Both the position numbers and the translations under genes were made by a program. A stretch of 64,000 bases of DNA from the human T2T-CHM13v2.0 reference genome, Homo sapiens. Location of the stretch: NCBI RefSeq assembly GCF_009914755.1, contig NC_060931.1. One strand, given 5' to 3'. How positions within the stretch are numbered: position 1 is the first letter of the stretch; every line of letters begins with the position of its first letter. A model generated the notes under the pieces. That model made no database searches and was not told where the DNA came from. It worked only from the letters and a program-made list of their open reading frames with translations. Of this stretch, positions 14,260 through 29,303 are shown one piece after another.

Positions 14260-14880
14260 TAGCAAATGCCACATAATCCAAGTTAAATATTACCTAGAAA
14301 CTGTTTTATGTGGAGGGAGTTAATGTCATCTTTGGTGTCTTAAATACTGTCAGAGGCCAAATTGCAGCAGGCTCATGATTGCATTGGAAGGGAAGAAATG
14401 GATATGTTTAGAGTGCTCTACCCTTTCAAGAAGTTTTGTTTCAAAAGGAAGGAAACAGGGGCAGTTATAATACTTTCAGAACAGAAGTGACTAAGAGTGC
14501 TTACACTCAGAAAACAAAGGGTCTGAAAGAGCCAGTGGAGCTGAGGAAGTTGAAAATATAGGACAAAAGGAAAGATAGAGATGAGATAAAGAGATGGAGT
14601 GATAGCAATAAAGAGTTAGAGAGCTGATAGAGAGAAAGGAAGAGGGGAGAGAGAAAATTGGTAGAGAGATTATCTTGAGCAGGAGGGTGTACAAATATCC
14701 AGAGAACAACATTGATTAGCATCAGTTTTGGACATAAGCACAGCCCCTGAGACTAGAAAGAGAAATAACTGATGTGGACGCAGCTTTGTTTTCATGGAGT
14801 TAAGTGAGGAGGGACAGGAAATTGAGAACTCTTGACTTTCTGTGGAATTAGAAGGCAAAATCATGTGCTGAGTGCATTTA
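14260..14880 (-). mobile_element. L2-like fragment
   Basis: Degenerate purine-rich sequence (CTTTCAAGAAGTTT..AAAAGGAAGG) resembling antisense L2. Confidence 0.45.
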
Positions 14881-16959
14881 TAGAAAGAAACTAAATAAGC
14901 TAAAATCATTATTTTACCTTGAAGTCAAGGTAGCAATAAAATGACAAAATAAGCAAGTGCTCTAAGAGCTCTCTTTAAAACAACATGGAAAGAGAATCAT
15001 TGAGTAACATCGAGTGTCCTAAACACATGGCTTCTTAGTAGGCCATTAACAGAATTTATGGATTTCACACAGCCCATCCATCTTCTATTTTTAGTTCATT
15101 TACAAAACAATAAATGACAGGTACAGACTGTGGTTTCAGATGCTAAGAGACTGGTAAGTTCTGCTATTTTATCTCTGAAGGCTGTAAGTATCCTGTTTTG
15201 GTTGGAAAAAAAAATAGTGCTTCCTCTAAAAGACATCCATTGAGGATGTGGCTTTTTGAGGTACAGTTTTGCTTTTATTTGCCTAAGTGCTTGCTCTTCA
15301 GAGTGTAAGAAAAAGCTGCATGGAAATTATATTTGACTTCATCTGGTCACACTGTCTTATTCCAGAAAAAAATTAGTACAAGAAGTATGTAGCTCCTGTA
15401 GATAAAAGTTCCTGATATAAATTTCTAAATTCAGTAAAATACAGATAAGTTACTTACTGAAGTATTTTATATCAAACTGCTTATTTAGAAAAGAAAGTGC
15501 TTTCATCACCTAAGCATATAATTTATTCAATCGTCTCAATTAAAGGAATGCATTCATAATTGAACATGGCACAAATGTTTGCTAGAATACTAAGAGACAC
15601 GCAGAATAAGACTCTTGTTTACAAAAAATAAAATGTATAGAGACATTTGTAAAACACAAACATTCCAGGAAGAATTGAAAAAGTATTTTTATAAGTATTG
15701 CTGTTTCTATTTATCCTTGCTTTTGCTATGTATATAAGTGTATTCTAGACAAAAAGGGAGAGTAATGGCATAGGTACAATTTTTGTATTCAGCTTAGGCA
15801 CATAGCTACTTGTAGCTGGCTCCATTTCCAAGTGAAATCATACAGTAATTGGTATGAGCCAATCCAAACTTGGATAAAAACTCTGTCTATTTCTAGCAAG
15901 TTAATCAATCCTACCATTATGCTGAACCACTTTGTGATGCTTTTCTTCCTGTCCATTGGGTTACTGTGAAAAAGCAAAGTTGCATTAAATGTGGTATCTG
16001 TCTTCTTGGCTTTTACTTTTTCTGCCAATGATTATTTCTGAATGGATTTTAGTTTTGCAAATTATAGCACAATGTCAGGGTCAAGAATGATAAGATGAAA
16101 AATATAGAATTATGGAAATGATCCTAGCAACACACAAAAACTTTTATTGTATGTATGCAAATGAGACTGCTTTAACTTAAAAATCAAATAGAAATTGAGC
16201 ATTCTGATTACCATAGAAATAGAAGAACTGAGTTATTTAAGTGCCCATTTTCTTAAAATAGCAGGGTAATATCAAGGCATTTTGATGTTTGTTGGGAGCT
16301 GGAAGAAGCAGTATGTGGGCTGAAAGACCTTATATACTTCATTCAACATATTAATTGATAATAAAACATTACTTTCATGATATTTTATAATTTTCATTTT
16401 ATACTAGATTGTTTTTCTTTAAAAATAGAAAATACAACAAGTTATTTTTAAACTGTTACATAATAGAAAATTTCTTTTAAGTATCCAATAATTAAACCAA
16501 GTGGAAAGTAACAAATATTTATAGTAATAAATCGTTTGTAACCATACAAGAGTACATACACATTGGACATCAATGTTATTGTTCATGAATTCTTGACTAC
16601 TTTCCATATTTAAAAATATTTTCACAAACGTGGTATGCAAACTGAGTTTAGCGTTCACAGCCAAGAAAACTAGATAAGCCATAAATGTATCACTTATGTT
16701 AACACAGTTGTACATACCTAAATACCTGATAATAACGCACATCAAGTGATTAACTTACTGGTTTGTAATAATTTGGGTATACTCTGTTTTTAAAACAGAA
16801 AGCTCATTTTGATGGTCCTACATTCCTAGGCAATGCTGGGCCCACAGATTACCCCTGAGAGCACATCGATATATATTACCAAGGATACTTATCAAAATTT
16901 GTATGTTTTTGATACATTCATAAAACATTCCAAATTATTAGCATTTTGGTTTGTCTTCT

Positions 16960-17137
16960 AGAGCCTTCTTATTCAAATGCATCCCTGAATCAGCAGTATC
17001 CACGACTCCTGGGAGCTTGTCAGAAATACAGACTCTCAGGCCCCACCTCAGCCTTGCTGAATTGTGATTTACATTTTAACAAGATCCCCAGCCCAGGTGA
17101 TTTGTGTGCACATTAAGAGTTTGAGCAGAGATGCTCA
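16960..17137. mobile_element. MER5A (hAT-Charlie MITE)
   Basis: CCTGGGAGCTTGTCAGAAATACAGACTCTCAGGCCCCACC...CATTTTAACAAGATCCCCAG. Confidence 0.88.
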
Positions 17138-17853
17138 AGGAATTAAAAACCTAGTATATTGGAAGTTTTAAAGGTTTTCAGGTGGCGTAGGAAATAAATA
17201 AATTCCAAAGAAAGGCAGCCCAAATCATATTCAACTTTTTCACATCTTAAATTCTCTTTAGAATCTATATGTTGCAATTTGGCCATTGAGTGAGTCAGTT
17301 AAACGAACAGGCACAGTTCAGGATTTTGTAGAAATAAGAGACTTTATTATAAAGTACTGTAGTTTGGAAAATTTTTTTGAAAATAGAAAAAGATATGAAA
17401 GGATGATTAGCAATATGTTTTCTGGTTAATTTCTTCAGCATTTTAAATCACAGTTTCAATAATATTCAATCTGTCACTGAATCAAAGGCAAAAATCCCTA
17501 AATAATGAAGTGATTAAGCACTCCATTCACTTTCATTGCATTAATTGAAAATATTTCCAAAGCTAAAGAAGTTGTAATGCAATGGAAAGTACACAGGACT
17601 TGGTCCTATTTCAAAAATTGTCTAAATGTATGTTCTGGAAGTTTTCCCACCATCAGGTATTGCGTTCTGTATAAACATTTTTTGAATAAATGAATTAGTG
17701 AGAAATCAGAGACAAAGGCTATTCTTTCTAGAATGTACTGTAACAGGAAAAGATAGAAGGCAATATTCCAAAGGAATATGTATTCAAAATATTTTTGACT
17801 GTTTATTAATCCAGAGAGCCCATTTGTTATTTTAAAATAAGAATTGCATTATC

Positions 17854-18168
<315 letters not shown>

Positions 18169-19217
18169 TTATCAAGAAGAAAGGATACTCATGTTTGCTA
18201 ATCAGCACATTCTCTTCCTGGGGAAAATATGTGTCAGAAGCAATGTTATAATCAGAAAGTTACTGTGAACCCAAAACATTAGATGGATGATTATAATGGC
18301 TACTGCCATCATGCCTGAAAAACTGATAAATAGCTTTTTGCCTTAAGATTACACTAAACCCACAGAATAGATGCTTGTCTTTGCGAGTTCAGGGCACCTC
18401 TTCATGTGGTCAGTTATAGAGATATTTTGTTACTATTTGCCCTTCTGATTCTTGTTTCTTTCGTTTGGAAAAAACTGCTTGGAATGAAAGCAAGAACGGA
18501 TTAAAGGAGGCCAATTAGGAGCCAATTGCGTGTGTGTCTGTGTGTGTGCATGTGTGTGCATACAAGTGACCTCAAGTAAAATTTGGCTTGGACAATCTTC
18601 ATTTACTCCTGTTTAGCATTTGTCCAGGATTTTTTATTTTTATCAAAGTATTTGTATCAATATTTGCATTAAAATAATCAGAGATGAGTTAGATCTACTC
18701 TTTGTATTCCCAGCTTGTCAGTTGGTCAGGCGCATGGTTATATATTTAAAACAATATGCAATAGCTACCTTTTCTAGAGCCTTTCCATATTTAGTAAAAC
18801 TAACATCTCCCTTTCAAACAGCATATAGTATGCTCACTGAGAAAACCAAGTACATTTGGAAGTGAGTGGCTAAGACAGTCAACTCTTTGCAGTTTCAGGT
18901 GGTGATGGGAGAAGTTTTGAAGCCGCAGCCTCTGCCAGACACTTGGTAAACTAGCCAGCTCTGTCATGGCAAATACCACAGACTGGACAATGCACGAAAT
19001 TACCAGTCAACAGTCAGCAGGATCAACAGGAAATATGGCAAATGAAAGGTTAGCTATATATGATATTTCTACTGTATAATGTAGAGAATATAATCTCTTG
19101 GTACAGTAATTTGGCCATTTATTGTAAGTCTATAAATATTTATTTTATTGTTTGGTAAAGCTTTTTTAGTTTGCAATAGATTTTGGTAGCAATGAACTGA
19201 AAACATGAAAAGCAAGT

Positions 19218-19632
19218 GCTATAGTTTGGATATTTGACTCTCCAAACCTCATGTGGAAAGTTGATCCACAATAATGGAAGTGAGGCCTAGTGAAAGATGT
19301 TTGGGTCTTGAGGGCAGATCCCTTATGAATGGCTTGGTGCACTCGTCATTGTAGTAAATGAGTTCTCACTCTATTAGTTCCCAGGAAAGCTGGTTGTTAA
19401 AATAAGCCTGGCACCTCCCTGCCCCTGCTTCCTCTCTTGCCATGGGATCGCTAGACAGCAGCACCGCTCTGCCTTCCACTGAGTGTAAGCCGTCTGAGGC
19501 TCTCACCAGAAGCAGATGCTGGCACCAGGCTTCTTGTACAGCCTGCAGAACTAGGAGCCAAATAAACCTCTTTTCTTTATAAATTACATAGCCTTGAGTA
19601 TTCCTTTATAGCAACACAAATGGTCTAAGACA
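19218..19632 (+). mobile_element. MSTB-like MaLR solo LTR
   Basis: TGCTATAGTTTGGATATTTG...CCAAATAAACCTCTTTTCTTTATAAATTAC...CTAAGACA. Confidence 0.9.
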
Positions 19633-19657
19633 ACATGTATAATAAAAAATTTAGTAC

Positions 19658-19775
19658 TGGTTGCCTGTAGTTCCAGCTACTCAGGAGGCTGAGGCAGGAG
19701 GATCACTTGAACTCCCAGGAGTTCAAGGCTGCTGTGAGCTACGCTTAAGCCATTTCACACCAGCCTGGGCAACAG

Positions 19776-19815
<40 letters not shown>
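19658..19815 (+). mobile_element. Alu right monomer (FRAM/AluJ-like) with long poly(A)
   Basis: GCCTGTAGTTCCAGCTACTCAGGAGGCTGAGG...CCAGCCTGGGCAACAGAGC followed by an A run of about 36 nt. Confidence 0.9.
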
Positions 19816-19817
<2 letters not shown>

Positions 19818-19992
19818 GTACTGAATATCCATTTCCATTTTTAAAACAAGTGAATAATATAAATTTGCACAAAAAAAGTTTATCCATGATTACTATTCAC
19901 CATAGGGACCACAGTAAAGTCAGTAGTCACTAGAAAACCAGAAAACACAAATCTCTGAGAAACCATCAATATCTATTCAAAAGCCAATCACT

Positions 19993-20298
<306 letters not shown>

Positions 20299-20991
20299 TC
20301 ATTATTTTAAGAATGTTTCCAAAGACAACAATTTAATACCTGCAGCTGCTACATTCCATTTTGAAAAGCATGAGTTTTCATTTAAAACAAATGAGTGTTC
20401 TTCTAAATAATTTATTTTCAATCCCAATTTTTATGCACATATGAAAAGTGAAGAAAATAGCTCCAATGCCAGTTTTATATAAGTGTAATTATATGCTTCA
20501 AATAAGAAATTTTGTTAGTTGAATCCAATAATGCTTCAGAATATTTTCCCACCCAATTCATGGAATCAAAATCAAATCAATAAAAAATTTTAGAGAAGGT
20601 GAGCATCTGTCATTTACAACATTACATCAATGTAAAATCAGTTTAAAAGTTCAACATTTAAGGTACATTTAGATACATTAAGACACAGTTTTTAAAGGTT
20701 CATTTTTACAGTGAAATTATGAATACAAATTTTGGTGGAGTCAGGATTATGGTAAACACAATGTTGCAGCTAAGAAATCTATCGTATCAATTGGCCATGC
20801 CACATTAACAATAATGCTCCCTAATAAATCACCCCCAAATTCAACAGTTTAAAACATTTATCTTCATGGCTACGTGATGGCCAGCTAATATCTGAATCAA
20901 TAATCAAGAGTGAGATGATGGTATATCAGAGGAGGGCAGGAGTGAGGCCTTGGGTGGTAATGAGAAGTAACTGAATTTAAATATATGACAG

Positions 20992-21626
20992 TGAGAGGTG
21001 AAGCCAGCTGAGCTTCTGGGCCGTGGGGACTTTGAGAACTTTTGTGCCTAGCTAAAGGATTGTAAATGTATCAATCAGTGCTGTGTGTCTAGCTAAAGGA
21101 TTGTAAACGCACCAATCAGCACTCTGTTAAATGGATCAATCAGCGCTCCGTAAAATGGAACCATCAGCAGGATGTGGGCAGGGCCAAATAAGGGAATAAA
21201 AGCTGGCCACCCGAGCCACCAGTGGCAACCTGCTTGGGTCCCCTTCCACACAGTGGAGGCTTTGTTCTTTCGCTCTTCACAGTAAATCTTGTTGCTGCTC
21301 ACTCTTTGGGTCCGCACTACTTTATGAGCTGTAACACTCACTGCGAGGGTCTGCGGCTTCATTCCTGAAGTCAGCGAGGCCACGAACACACCGGGAGGAA
21401 CAAACAACTCCGAACGAGCCACCTTTAAGAGCTGTAACACTCACTGCTAAGGTCTGCGGCTTCACTCCTGAACCCACCGGAAGGAATAAACTCTGGACAC
21501 ATCTGAACATCTGAAGGAACAAACTCCAGACTCATCATCTTTAAGAGCTGCAAAACTCACCACGAGAGTCTGCGGCTTCATTCTTGGAGACCAAGAACCC
21601 ACCGGAAGGAATAAATTCTGGACACA
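20992..21626 (+). mobile_element. ERV9/LTR12 solo LTR (LTR12F-like)
   Basis: TG...CA termini; tandem CTAGCTAAAGGATTGTAAA..CAATCAG U3 repeats; GGGAATAAAAGC TATA-like box; U5 repeats GAGCTGTAACACTCAC; 4-bp TSD ACAG/ATAG. Confidence 0.95.
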
Positions 21627-21629
21627 ATA

Positions 21630-21965
21630 GGCTTTGCATCAGACTGTAGCAGCTGAATCCATTGATCTGAGCTCCATTCAGCTGACATAATAGTTCATGT
21701 GTTTCTCATTCTTCTCCTGGTACCAGTGGGCTAGATCAGGACATGTTCTTCTCATGGTGATAGCAAAAGCTTAAGAGGGCAAGCACAATTACCGAAGATC
21801 TCTTCAAGCCTGGGCTCAGAAATATTAATAGCACACTATCAAATCTGTCTATATGCCACTGGCCAAAATAAATCAAAGGATGGGAAAGTACAATCTGCTT
21901 AGGATGCCAAGGGTATGGATACAAAGAAGGATGCAAAGACTTGGGCTAATGTAGTTTGATCTAGA
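21630..21965 (-). mobile_element. Old MaLR LTR (MLT1I/J/L-like); further piece probably at ~20784-20890
   Basis: CATGTTCTTCTCATGGTGATAGCA, CACTGGCCAAAATAAATCA motifs. Confidence 0.6.
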
Positions 21966-22693
21966 AACCCTTCTGGCAACAATGAGCTCAAAAACAGACA
22001 TATGCTGTATTTGGAAGTGGTTCTGGTAGACACATAATTAATTGCAAACTGAAAAAGTACAATATTCTATAATCAACATAGAGAATGTAGGTGTCAAAAT
22101 TTACACATTTTTATATGTGTACAGAGTAGGTAAACTACAAAATTTTTGTGATAAAGTTGATCTTAAATAAGTTATAACACACTTCAGCATAGCAATACAT
22201 GCTTTTTTTTCTCTTTGCTGCTCATCATCAATAGGATTTTAAGAAATGTTTGCTACTTGGAAAAATTAGTTTGCAAAACAACCTAAAAGGCTTACAGTGA
22301 ACTGAACTTCTTTAAAAAAACACAAAGCCTCTAAATTTTGGTTCATTTTGTTCAAACTTAAGTTTGGAAATCTTTAATCAAAATGTTCTGCAAATAGAGC
22401 AATAAAAAAACTGCAGCTTTTCAGGCTTATAGAAAAGTAAAATGGAAAACAATGCTTAACACAGAAAGGCATTAAAATATATCTACATAACCAAGGTAAT
22501 GACTGAATAAATTAAGAAATGAGAGCTCAAATGATGTACATAATTTTGGAATACTATAATTTTACTTTGAAATACTTAAATTTGTGGGATGAACTTTTTG
22601 GTGTAGGTCTTTTAACAAATTAATTTATAATTTCTACTAAAATTGAATAAAACACCTATAGATTTAAACTTGGTGAAATACACAAAAGAATAA

Positions 22694-23030
<337 letters not shown>

Positions 23031-23235
23031 ATTTTAACAAGTTATTTTCTTATGAAATACATATGAAAGAAAGGTTTTTAAAATGCAGACAATAAGATAA
23101 AGCCTGTTAAAAATATCTAGGTTGAAATATTTGTACATTTGAACACCAAAAAATAAAATAAAATAAACAATAACCTCCGTTTAGCAAAATTTGCTCAGGT
23201 CTTACTGGGCATCTTACATCTGTAAAGAGAATATT

Positions 23236-23558
23236 TGTTGTTTTTTGTTTGTTTGTTTGCTTGGTTTTTGTTTTTGAGACAGAGTCACGTTCTGTCGCCC
23301 AAACTGGAATGCAGTGGCGAGATCTCCACTCACTGCAACCTCCGCCTTCCAAGTTCAAGACATTCTCCTGCTTCAGCCTCCCAAGTAGCTTGGATTACAG
23401 GCCCCCGTCACCACGCCCAGCTAATTTTTTGTATTTTTAGTAGAAACGGGGTTTCCCCATGTTGGCCAGGGTGGTCTCAAACTCCTGACCTCAGGATATC
23501 TGCCCACCTCAGCCTCCCAAAGTGCTGGGATTACAGCCATGAGCCACCATGCCTGACC
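23236..23558 (-). mobile_element. AluS
   Basis: Reverse Alu with (GTTT)n tail; TSD AAGAGAATATTTGTT. Confidence 0.95.
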
Positions 23559-23772
23559 AAGAGAATATTTGTTTAACTCAAAATATAATGGTCCACATAG
23601 AAAATCAACCTAAATTTTCAAAAATTCCAAATTTATTAGCCATAAGATACAACTTTGAAGAAGATTGCACGTAATTTTATGAAAACTGAAAATAATTAAA
23701 CAGTATTAAAAAATAAATTATTAAGAAAAATTTCAGTGGCATTATATATAGACATGGATAACAAACTGCTTA

Positions 23773-24099
<327 letters not shown>

Positions 24100-24696
24100 G
24101 AATAAATAATATGAACAGTTTTCAAGAATAATTATTCTGCTTATATTTTTAACATTAATATAATCTATAAAATCGATATTAAAACTTTTGCTTTATGAAC
24201 ATGGACATATGCCACTTTTTATTTTTAGAAATTATTTTACAGTTTCAGCATAAAAATAATTGTTTGTAAAGAGATAAATATTTAAAAATATGTAATTTTA
24301 GAGGGGGCCTCTTTCATTCTCATAAATTTCCTAGATTGAGATTTAAATAAATGGTCAAACCTATATTTCAGCAGTCTAGGCATAACGTAATATAGCAAAA
24401 ACTACACAGATGATAGTTGTCAGAAATGTGGATAGAGTTTAATTATTTTTAAGTAAAATCAATAGGATATGAAGTAGACAATGCTAGGTTTTATAAGTTG
24501 ATGTGTGGAACTAGTTGTTTAGTAGAAGGTGTTGACCCTCATGGGATGAAAATTTAAAAGGCGGCAAAAAGAGGTATAGTTTGGCCAGAAACCAGTTTTC
24601 AGGTGGAGAGATTCAAGAGACATTGATACATAGGTCTGAAGCCTACAGAAGTCTTGGCTATTGATATAAATTGAAGGTACAGCTTCTTCTAAATAA

Positions 24697-25228
24697 TGTG
24701 AGGGTTAATATTGAGTGTCAACTTAATTGGATTAAAGGATGGAAAGTATTGTTCCTGGGTGTGTCTGTGAGGGTGTTGCCAAAGGAGATTAACATTTGAC
24801 TCAGTGGAATGGGACAGGCAGACCTACCCTCATTTTGGATGGGCACCATTTAATCAGCTGCCAGCATAAAAGCAGGCATGAAAGGAGCAGACTTGCTGAG
24901 TCTTCTGGCCTCTGTTTTTCTCCTGTGCTGGATGCTTCTCGCCCTCAAACATCAGACTCCAAGTTCTTCAGCTTTTGAACTATTGGACTTACAGCAATGA
25001 CTTACCAGGGGCTCTTGGGCCTTCGGTCACAGACTGAAGGCTGCACTGTCAGGTTCCCTACTTTTGAGGTTTTGGGACTCAGACTGGCTTCCTGGCTCCT
25101 CAGCTTGCAGACAGCCTATTGTGGGACTTCACCTTGTGATGCTGTGGGTCAATTCTCCTAATAAACTCCCCTTCATATATTCATCTATCCTATTACTTCT
25201 GTCCCTTTAGAGAACCCTGACTAATACA
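24697..25228 (+). mobile_element. HERV-L solo LTR (MLT2A1/A2-like)
   Basis: TGTGAGGGTTAATATTGAGTGTCAACT...GGTGTGTCTGTGAGGGTGTTGCCAAAGGAG...AGAGAACCCTGACTAATACA. Confidence 0.92.
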
Positions 25229-26479
25229 CCATGTTAAAGGCATTTCTCTTATCAAATGTACAGAGTTCAATTCATCTGAAATCTCTGAATGTAATTATTT
25301 TAGGTGTTTTGAAAAAATATTAGGTAAAAGATAACATATTCTGTATTTGTCTTGTTATGATAGACCAGTAACAAGTTAGTAAACAAGAAACAAAAAAATA
25401 CTCACTACATATTAGTTTTCTGTGATATCAAGGCAAATCAATGAAGCCCCCAGTAAGATAATATAGAGAAAGGTAATTTCATAATTCCATTTACCCAGCA
25501 AACATAATGTATAATTCAACTACACAATGAATCCACTGGAATTTAGTACATGGATGAAATTAAAAATTAATATATTTTCATTCTATATTGATTTATTTTA
25601 TTACTCATGAGAAAACACTGTGTTGTCATTTACAAACATACAAATACTACATACCTTAAAATCCCAGCTCATATAATACACCAGTTGAAAATGTACAGAT
25701 ACAGCAGATAAACTAAGGCAACCTGGCATTTTTAATGTTTAAAAAAGACTTTCAAATTTTTCACATGGTTCACTTTGTAGTCATCCGATATATTTAGCAA
25801 GGTATTACCTATTGCTTTAGTACAAACTAGGTTATTCATTTGCATAATCTTATGATTACTAAATCCGTGTTTTTGTGTTTTCTCTTTCAAGATTTTTCAA
25901 GATCTTTCAAGATCTTATTCAGTTATTTGAATCTGGAAATGAGATTTCTGTGTGTGTGCATATGTGTATATTTTGAAAAATCTTTGTGGAAAATATGTTG
26001 CAGAATCCTGCAGTAATATAACATCTAAATTTATAGGATTTGGTAGTTCTAAGACTTCTCATTACATCTGAAGAAAACTCTAAATGCCTCTTTTTACTGG
26101 AGACATTTAGATATTTAGTCTGACTAGATGTCAGTAAGTGTAGATAATCAAGTGCTTCACAGATAACTAAGAACAGGACAGAAAAACATGTGCTAGATGG
26201 AAACAGAATCAACTGGATTCTAACAATTATTAGAAAGCTAATTCTAAAATTAATATGAGGGTTTAATTTCCTGAACCTTTGAAAATATGTCAGTCATCCT
26301 ACTTGATGAACTCAATCTTTCATGTCTTGAAAAATAACACATTCATTATAACATTAGAATACAACAGAAACATCCGCTCCTTGCTCCTGGTGAGGATATT
26401 CGTTTTCTCACCCCACCCCCAGTTAACTGTTACCCAGGTTTTTCTCTTACTTTATATTTACCTCTCCTTTCCCTTTAAT

Positions 26480-27306
26480 TCTTAGCTGGTGCACACTAGA
26501 CCTCATTGTTCACTAAGAAAAATGGCTACAGGGAAACTTCCTCACATTTCCTGCAGCAAATCTATTCATTTTCTCCACTATTCCTACTAGTACAAAAGAA
26601 CTAACTGTGCTATCAAATCTACCCTCATCAGCATGCAGATATTCTCTATTATTTCTATGTTAAAAATCCCTTCCCTAATCCCATATTTCCTCCAGTTATT
26701 ATCATATATTTTATTCCTTTCCTCAGCAAAAATCCTTTATCTAGTTGCCTGACTTACTCTCTCCAACTCCATTTGTCCAATTCATCCATCAAACTACACA
26801 TATTTGACTTTATTCTCCTTTCCACTGACTTGATTCTTTTCAAGGTCAGCAACTACCTCAGAGTTGCCAATTTCAATAGGAATTTAACCTACTTGGCAAT
26901 GCTGTTCTTCGAGAAAGCTTCCCTCCTGGATTCCTGGATCTAATAGTTTCACGCTTTTCTTCCTACCTCACTATCTCTTGAACTCAATCTCTGATTTGCA
27001 CCCTCCTGCTACTTCTGATTCAAGATTTACCTTTCCCTCCTCCTCTTTACTGTCCACATCTTCTTCCTAGGTTGTCCCTTTCTTTCCTATGGCTTTAGAT
27101 CACATTCTTGTGCTCCCATGTTCCAAATCTCATTCTGAGGTCAGACCTATCCCCTTGGTCTGAATTCTAGACTCAGGTGTTCAACCGCCTGTCTGACATC
27201 TTCTCTTAGATACCTAATTGGGTTGAAAGGTTCAAACCATAGCTGGTGATTCTCTCCATTGATCCATTCCCCTTCCTGTTAAAAATGGCTCTGCCAATTA
27301 GTTAAA

Positions 27307-27343
<37 letters not shown>

Positions 27344-28085
27344 TCATGCTTGATTCCTCTGTGTTCCACACTGGCATCCCTGATTGATGCCCAATTGACC
27401 ATCAGGTCCTGTTCGTTCTAACTGAACTGCCACTGCCCTATTGTAAGTTATCTTCCTATCTTTTCTAAAATACTGCACGAACTTCTTACTTCTTAATTAC
27501 AATCCCTGCGTTCATTTTCAATTTTTCTGTTCTCCAAACTGTGGCAACAGTGATCTTTTAAAATAAATCAGATTACATCCCTTCTCTGTTTATCCCCCTC
27601 TAATGGTTCCCATTGTGTCTTTTCATAATCAAGCCCCTAATTCCTCTGCAAACCCAGGTCCTCTATATTCTCTCTTGCTTACACTCCATGTTTCAGCCCC
27701 CTGGCCTCCACTCTGCTCCTCTGGCCTCCACCTTACCTTTTTCTACTTGAAATGCTCTTCTTTCCATCCCTACCCATCACCAGGCTCATTCTCAGGAAAA
27801 TATCCTTTAGATTTCAGCTCAAACATCCCCTCCTCTATAAGATTTAAAGTGGGCTCTGCCTACTATCCTTTATATTCTCACCCTAGCTATTTTGCTGTAC
27901 ACTTATCACCATCTGAAAACACCCAATTTGTTTTCTTGTTTACCATCCATCTATTTAAACGTCCATTTGGATGGATGCTCCCGAACAACAGGAACATTGT
28001 CACTTTGGATCGTCCTTAGACCTAGACCACTGCTCACCCTGTATAGCACTTGAGAAATAAATGTTAAATAAATATACAATTAAAT
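26480..28085 (+). mobile_element. L2 3' region (degenerate)
   Basis: Pyrimidine-rich L2 motifs (CAAGGTCAGCAACTACCTC, GTGATCTTTTAAAATAAATCAGAT) ending in AATAAATGTTAAATAAAT. Confidence 0.7.
27309..27341. repeat. (CA)n microsatellite
   Basis: About 16 CA units. Confidence 0.98.
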
Positions 28086-28634
28086 AAATAGATTATTTGT
28101 ATAGCATATTTGTTACATACAAAGGGCGAGGGATTTTGAAATTGGATGACATCACAATCTAACTCAAGCTAAGTGGTCCAACACCCTCAACTGTCTAGAA
28201 AATCCAGAAAACATTAATAATCAATGGAGACACAGAACAACAGCACAGCTGAAGAGAATAAAAGTAAAACAAATATATTAAGCTGGAAGGGACCATTATT
28301 TTCCTTTTCTGAGAAGTTACATAGAAATGCATATATAACTATAGGAATCTTAGAATATGTTTATAAGAAAAAATAATCAAGAATACATAAAATCCTTCAT
28401 TTGGTTAGGACCTGAGTTAACATTTTATTATATGATTTTCAGATTTTTCCCATGGAGAGCTGTACAGTTACTGAACTCTTGAAATGTAGTTAGTGCAAAT
28501 GAAGAGCTTTTTATTTTATTAACCTAAAAGTAAAATTGAAGCAATATAAAAGGTTTTTACCAATAAACACCACTTTATTGTTTAGTATGACTGCATTTCA
28601 CTTCAATTACTGCAAATAAAATGTGTGAATTTAG

Positions 28635-29130
<496 letters not shown>

Positions 29131-29149
29131 TAAAAAAAAAGCAAAATAT

Positions 29150-29303
29150 TTTGCTAATAAATTTCTGATGGATAACATGTTAAAATAACATTTGGGATAT
29201 AATGGATTAAAATAAATTTAACCTATTTATTTTTATTTTTTTCTATGTGCCTATCAGAAAATTTAAACTACATATGTGGCTTATATTTCTACTGAATAGC
29301 AAT
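29150..29303. mobile_element. hAT-Charlie MITE fragment (MER3-like)
   Basis: AGAAAATTTAAACTACATATGTGGCT..TATATTTCTACTGAATAGC. Confidence 0.55.

Noticed and set aside
21056-21626. Regularly spaced repeats superficially like a CRISPR array
   Set aside because: They are the normal U3 and U5 tandem repeats of ERV9/LTR12 in a primate genome
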